From Hyperthermus butylicus DSM 5456 (GTDB lineage Archaea; Thermoproteota; Thermoprotei_A; Sulfolobales; Pyrodictiaceae), in NCBI RefSeq assembly GCF_000015145.1, contig NC_008818.1, forward strand, positions 210,001-242,000: a DNA stretch of 32,000 nt, given 5' to 3'. Numbering within the stretch: position 1 is the first letter of the stretch; every line of letters starts with the position of its first letter. A program made the translations under genes and the position numbers. Below the pieces are notes generated by a model that was not told the origin of the DNA, searched no databases, and worked only from the letters and a program-made list of their open reading frames with translations. Shown piece after piece: positions 27,571 to 32,000 of the stretch.

Positions 27571-28416
27571 GTGGTGCGGGAAGGCTTGGCGTGGAGGGCC
27601 TGGGTTGCTACATACAACACCGTACACAGCGAGGACGACATAGCAGTATGGATGCATCCCAGCGGCGACTACGGTGTGGCCGTGGTTGCAGATGGGGTAT
27701 CCGCGACGGGTAGTGGCGGGGCCTCCTTTCTTGCAGCCCAAAGCTTCACCATGGCTTGCCGCTACTATATGCGGAACCACCTGGACTTCGAGACTATACA
27801 CCGCTGCCTCGGCTTCGTAGCGGAGGCAGCACGCTCCTCTAGCGTGGTGGACGCTGACATAGTGGCGTCGCTGAAGAGGGACTACTACACTAAGTGTAGC
27901 AGTGGCGGCAAGCCCTGTACCGAGCCCCTGACACTGGAGAAGGTGATAGAGCTTAAGCAACCAATGATAGCGCCGAGGAGGGTTGAGAGACGCGAAGCCC
28001 CTTCAACAACGCTGCTAGCAGCAGTCTTTGCAGGTAGCGTGATAGGCTTCCTGCTCCTGGGAGACGGCATAGCAATGGGGATGGGGACTCGGCGGGAGGA
28101 GCTATGGGTCTCGTGGGGGGCGCTGCCGCAGTACTTTCAGGGGGCCCGTGTTGCTAGGCTGGTGGAGCTAGGCAGCGGTATATTCGGTAGGCCAGTGGTG
28201 CTCCTAACAGAGAGCGAGCCAGGGGGTCTCTACGTAGTTGCAACCGATGGCGTTGACCCGGCAGCACTTGCTGAGAGTCTAGCCGAGCTAGTTGCCAGGG
28301 TGGGGAATATCACAGAGCTGGAAAACCCTGCTGCAACCCTACTGGAGTCGGTCAAAACCAGGATGGGCGGTATGGAGGACGATGCATCCCTCGCAGTAAT
28401 ATACCATACAGGCTAG
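27571..28416 (+). CDS. PP2C-family protein phosphatase
   Basis: HSEDDIAVWMHPSGDYGVAVVADGVSATGSGG, LYVVATDGVDP, MEDDASLAVIY: the aspartate-based metal ligands of PP2C. Confidence 0.85.
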   Translation: MVREGLAWRAWVATYNTVHSEDDIAVWMHPSGDYGVAVVADGVSATGSGGASFLAAQSFTMACRYYMRNHLDFETIHRCLGFVAEAARSSSVVDADIVASLKRDYYTKCSSGGKPCTEPLTLEKVIELKQPMIAPRRVERREAPSTTLLAAVFAGSVIGFLLLGDGIAMGMGTRREELWVSWGALPQYFQGARVARLVELGSGIFGRPVVLLTESEPGGLYVVATDGVDPAALAESLAELVARVGNITELENPAATLLESVKTRMGGMEDDASLAVIYHTG

Positions 28417-29003
28417 AGGTTTGCGGAGGATAGGTTGTAGACCGTTACTATCATATCTCCCTTCTCGAAGACGTGATCGAGAATATTCTTAGCCTGCTCT
28501 GGGTTAAGCTCGGCGCCAAGTTGTGCTGCTGCAACAACCCTACCATCCCTTATGAGGAGGAAGTAATCCGTAGCGTTGAGCTGTACACGGAGCAGTATAG
28601 GCCCCTTACTGGTTAGGGCTGCCCTGAAGTCTGGTAGGTTGACTGGACCACGGTATATTATAGGCGCCCGGAGCACTATGCTGAGCACGTAGGATATATC
28701 GGCTAGCCTTCTCGCCAGCTCGCCGTCCCATGCAGAGGGCTCTAGTACTGGCGCCTCAACCCTAGCTGGCACAGCTTGAGGCTTAGCGGCGGCAGCCTCG
28801 GCAGGAGATAGTATGCGTAGCTTACCCTCTCCCAGGTGCTCGACCGCGTAGCCGCGGCGTCTAGCCCACTTCTCCACCAGCGGCACAGCATCAGCGTCAA
28901 GGCTCACTATTATCTTGCCAGTCTTCCTCACCAGGTTCTCAATGGTGCTATAGGGTATAAAGCCGCCCATGCCGGTGAGCTCGAGTACAGTCTCCTCCAC
29001 CAA
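28413..29003 (-). CDS. Hypothetical protein: Cys-less TusA-like N-terminus, Pro/Ala linker, second domain
   Basis: LELTGMGGFIPYSTIENLVRKTGKIIVSLDADAVPLVEKWARRRGYAVEHLGEGKLRI follows the TusA pattern without the CPxP motif; linker EAAAAKPQAVPARVEAPVLEP; C-terminus DFRAALTSKGPILLRVQ...IRDGRVVAAAQLGAEL. Confidence 0.5.
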   Translation of the reverse strand: MVEETVLELTGMGGFIPYSTIENLVRKTGKIIVSLDADAVPLVEKWARRRGYAVEHLGEGKLRILSPAEAAAAKPQAVPARVEAPVLEPSAWDGELARRLADISYVLSIVLRAPIIYRGPVNLPDFRAALTSKGPILLRVQLNATDYFLLIRDGRVVAAAQLGAELNPEQAKNILDHVFEKGDMIVTVYNLSSANL

Positions 29004-29025
29004 GACCTTGCACCTTCCGGGGAGC

Positions 29026-30501
29026 CTACCACTTAGCTATGGTTGAGAGTATACGCTCAACCATATTCCTACCGCGCACGATCGGGCCATGCTTTGGCGC
29101 AATAGCCTCTATGTCGAGTGTTGTTATTCTCTCTAGCCACTCCTTCAACGCTGTCTTGTCTGCTGTGTGGAGCACATAGCTTCTAACCATTTCCTCGTAG
29201 GTGTCAATGTCGTCTACGTACATGTTCCAGAGCCCTGGTGGTGACACGGCACCGAGCGTTACGCCGGTGAAGAGCGTGCGGCTACGCTCGTCGTATATTG
29301 TCAGGGTGGGGGCTCCACGGGCTCGGGAGGGTATTACGAGGAGCTTGCTGTCGCCAAGCTGGAGCGACACCTCCCGTGTGGGTAGGGGCTGGAGCTGACC
29401 CGGCGCAGTAATGTACGCGGCGAGGACGGCAACCCAGTAGGCGGGAGCAGCTATTGAGGCCTTCTTCGCCCTCGCCACGAGCGCGTCGAGGGCTTCCATC
29501 GCGTCGGCTTCAGCGGAGGATAGCAGTATGTAGCGCACTTCATCCAGGTCGGCCACAACGTTCCTAATAGCCCTTAGTAGTCTCTCGCCACCACTCGGAT
29601 CTATTATCGCTGCCTCATAGCCGGAGACTACCACGTATGTGTTTGCCGCAAGACCACCATACTCCAGCCTTGCAGCACCACCAATCCAGTAGACCTGGTG
29701 GCCATTATCATCGAAGAGCTTCTCGGGCTCGTAGAGGTATGCCTCACTGCTACCTGTGAGGCTCCAAGCCTTAATCCTCACACGGTAGCTTGGGGGCCTA
29801 ACAGCTATCGAAAGCACCCTATCGCCAGTAAATTTGTCCCCCTCAACCTCCGCGTAGAGCCCGGTTATCCTGTTCCCGCGCAACACCATTCGTAGCAAGT
29901 ACCTGCCGCTGTAGTCGCTCACCTCTGCTAGGTAGTCATCGTATCCCAGTAGCGCCATAAGCCTCTGCGCAGCCTCGAACGCAACATTCCTTATCGGGGT
30001 AAAGCTGTCGTAGTAGACTAGCGTGGTACTCGCGGGCAGCGGTACCTCAAGGGCTGCTAGCTTGTTATCAGCATCCACGAGATCTATCTTAGGGCTAGTA
30101 CCCTCAATCTTCCTAGCAATACCCTCAGCTACATACTTCACGATATCGCTAGCTATCTTTGCTGCACCACCAGCACCACCACCACTGACAACTATATGCG
30201 AACCCTCACCAGTATCAATAATGTCAACGGCGAGTATTAGTGAGTCGGTGCGGCCCTTAGCTACGAGTATCACCGTCTCATCCGTCTCGTATATCTTGAA
30301 GTCTAGCCTCGCCCTCCTGCTACCGATTAGCCTCGGCACCCTGATAACCACATAGTTCTCGCCAACCTCCTCAACGTTCTTTGCATTCTTTATGAAGTCC
30401 GTTATACGGCCAATGAGCTTCCTTACACTCTCGGGGTCCAGGGGCACAATGAGCTTAATGGCGCCCTCCTCCCGGCTCATCAAAGGCCTTATGACACTCA
30501 T
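29026..30501 (-). CDS. SRPBCC-like domain fused to a degenerate metallo-beta-lactamase (flavodiiron-like) domain
   Basis: C-terminal half: LEYGGLAANTYVVVSGYEAAIIDPSG, VRYILLSSAEADAMEAL (position of HxExDH), RTLFTGVTLG, DIEAIAPKHGPIVRG (flavodiiron-like IAPxHGPI). Confidence 0.65.
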   Translation of the reverse strand: MSVIRPLMSREEGAIKLIVPLDPESVRKLIGRITDFIKNAKNVEEVGENYVVIRVPRLIGSRRARLDFKIYETDETVILVAKGRTDSLILAVDIIDTGEGSHIVVSGGGAGGAAKIASDIVKYVAEGIARKIEGTSPKIDLVDADNKLAALEVPLPASTTLVYYDSFTPIRNVAFEAAQRLMALLGYDDYLAEVSDYSGRYLLRMVLRGNRITGLYAEVEGDKFTGDRVLSIAVRPPSYRVRIKAWSLTGSSEAYLYEPEKLFDDNGHQVYWIGGAARLEYGGLAANTYVVVSGYEAAIIDPSGGERLLRAIRNVVADLDEVRYILLSSAEADAMEALDALVARAKKASIAAPAYWVAVLAAYITAPGQLQPLPTREVSLQLGDSKLLVIPSRARGAPTLTIYDERSRTLFTGVTLGAVSPPGLWNMYVDDIDTYEEMVRSYVLHTADKTALKEWLERITTLDIEAIAPKHGPIVRGRNMVERILSTIAKW

Positions 30502-30728
30502 TCCTACCCGCTACCCCGTGCAACTTGTCCCACTTGTTCCCCCTATGAGTGTGTGTATTTCAGTATCGCCCCGGAGATGGGGATCCACTTGAAAATGGAG
30601 AGGAGGCAGCTCCACCTGCCCTACCTTATGTAGCCTCCAATTGCTGTTGCTTCGTGGAAATAGTTAATAATACCTCTTAGAACACTGTAATCTAAAGCAT
30701 TAATACCTGTTTATAGCGTGAGTTTGTC

Positions 30729-31565
30729 ATGGTGAATGCTGTGCAGGCTCCGGAGCATAGCTGGTTACCCCACAACGTTACCTCGCTGAGGGAGGGTGCG
30801 CTAGCAGCACTCATAATCCGGAAGACGGCAGAGAAGCTTACATCGATAACTAGCGTGGATGTTGCCATTGCTGGTGCTGGCCCTGCAGGGCTTACTGCTG
30901 CCTGGCTACTAGCCGAAAAGGGGTTGAGAGTTGTCGTAGTAGAGCACAGCCTTGGCGTAGGCGGCGGCATGAGAGGCGGCTCCATGCTGATGCCGGTAGG
31001 CCTTGTCGAGGATGGACTCCCCGCCGAGCTGCTTCGCCGCGCCGGTGCACGTCTCGATAGGGTGGCGGATGGACTCTATGCTGTAGACCCAACGGAGGCT
31101 GTGGTAAAGCTGGCGGCAAAGGCTATCGATGCTGGCGCAGTCATCCTACCCGGCCTCCACGTCGAGGACCTCATACTCTGGCGGAGCGGCAGTGGCTACC
31201 GTGTCGCTGGGCTCGTGATAAACCTCTCCCCTGTCGTCGAGGCTGGCTGGCACGTAGACCCCATCTACATCGAGGCTCGCGCAACGATAGACGCTACCGG
31301 CCACGACGCTGAGCTTGTCAAGCTCCTCTCCAAGGCGCTAGGCGACTCCAGCATTAGGGTTAGGGGTACACGTGGAATGGATGTCTGGGAGGGAGAAAAG
31401 CTGGTTGTAGAGTATACGGGAGAGGTGTACCCAGGCCTCTACGCCGCCGGAATGGCCGTATCGGAGACCTATCAGCTGCCAAGAATGGGCCCCGTATTCG
31501 GCGGCATGCTAGCCTCTGGTGCCAGGGTGGCGGAGCTGGTAGCGTCTAGGCTCTCCGAGCAGTAG
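30729..31565 (+). CDS. thi4: Archaeal thiamine thiazole / ribose-1,5-bisphosphate isomerase-type Thi4 family enzyme
   Basis: SVDVAIAGAGPAGLTAAWLLAEKGLRVVVVEHSLGVGGGMRGGSMLMP, EAGWHVDPIYIEARATIDATGHDAE, GLYAAGMAVSETYQLPRMGPVFGGMLASG. Confidence 0.93.
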   Translation: MVNAVQAPEHSWLPHNVTSLREGALAALIIRKTAEKLTSITSVDVAIAGAGPAGLTAAWLLAEKGLRVVVVEHSLGVGGGMRGGSMLMPVGLVEDGLPAELLRRAGARLDRVADGLYAVDPTEAVVKLAAKAIDAGAVILPGLHVEDLILWRSGSGYRVAGLVINLSPVVEAGWHVDPIYIEARATIDATGHDAELVKLLSKALGDSSIRVRGTRGMDVWEGEKLVVEYTGEVYPGLYAAGMAVSETYQLPRMGPVFGGMLASGARVAELVASRLSEQ

Positions 31566-31974
31566 ATCTCACAACAGCCAACTCTTTCTCTACCTCCTCC
31601 CTCCTCTTAGCTTCAGCCCTCACAGCTTCCAAGTGCTCCCTATCACCCTCTGGGCCCCGTAGCCTTCTAGCGAGCCCTGCAAGAGTCCCCTCCGGTCCAT
31701 AGCAGACCAGAGTGTCGCCCTCAAGGATCACAGTATCGCCACGTGGAGCACCGATGTAGACTTCTCTCCCGTTCACACGCCGGTAAATACCGAGTACAAG
31801 CACTCCCTCGTCGGCAAGCTTTAGCTCGCGGAGGCTGCGGCCAGCAAGCCAGCTACCAGGCTGCACCTTTAGCATTGCAATTGAGTAGCCCTTGCTGAGC
31901 CCTAGTAGCTGCTCGTAGTCGTAGAGGCGTAGGTTAGTAAACCTCTCAAGCATCCTCGCTATAACCCTGCTCAT
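31546..31974 (-). CDS. TrkA-C (RCK C-terminal) domain protein
   Basis: SIAMLKVQPGSWLAGRSLRELKLADEGVLVLGIYRRVNGREVYIGAPRGDTVILEGDTLVCYGPEGTLAGL. Confidence 0.88.
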   Translation of the reverse strand: MSRVIARMLERFTNLRLYDYEQLLGLSKGYSIAMLKVQPGSWLAGRSLRELKLADEGVLVLGIYRRVNGREVYIGAPRGDTVILEGDTLVCYGPEGTLAGLARRLRGPEGDREHLEAVRAEAKRREEVEKELAVVRSTARRA

Positions 31975-32000
31975 CCACCGGTCGATAACCCTGGACCTGC

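Noticed and set aside
30023-30355. 110-aa plus-strand ORF within the MBL-like gene
   Set aside because: Complement of the leftward gene's regular codon usage, so a shadow ORF.
1-32000. CRISPR arrays, transposases, inverted-repeat mobile elements
   Set aside because: No regularly spaced direct repeats and no transposase or integrase-like proteins found in the ORFs; the pseudogenes seem to have decayed by point lesions rather than by visible insertion.

Overview
Protein-dense, GC-rich archaeal window. The gene content (archaeal His-type Thi4, Aeropyrum-like peroxiredoxin, CbiM/PDGLE/CbiQ/CbiO transporter, VapBC/PIN families, frequent GTG/TTG starts) suggests a hyperthermophilic crenarchaeon; that taxonomic reading is inference. 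Housekeeping and transport genes fill most of 1-21 kb. The best candidate for a new system is about 22.3-30.5 kb. It holds a Ser/Thr-kinase-like protein, a VWA protein and a PP2C-like phosphatase, surrounded by a Roadblock/LC7-like + zinc-ribbon + TM protein, an SRPBCC-like + possible Roadblock protein, a large SRPBCC-like + metallo-beta-lactamase-like protein that has apparently lost metal ligands, and two proteins with Pro/Ala linkers that may share a domain. It recalls the bacterial TerY-P triad but with different partners. The ORF track also hides several decayed genes: a VapC toxin beside an intact antitoxin, an FtsX-like permease with an in-frame TAG plus a frameshift, a superfamily-2 helicase with an in-frame TGA plus a frameshift, and a PIN C-terminal fragment. 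Four convergent gene pairs end on a shared palindromic CTAG that supplies both amber stops. No CRISPR array, rRNA, or convincing tRNA was seen by eye. All family calls come from reading motifs; no database search was run.
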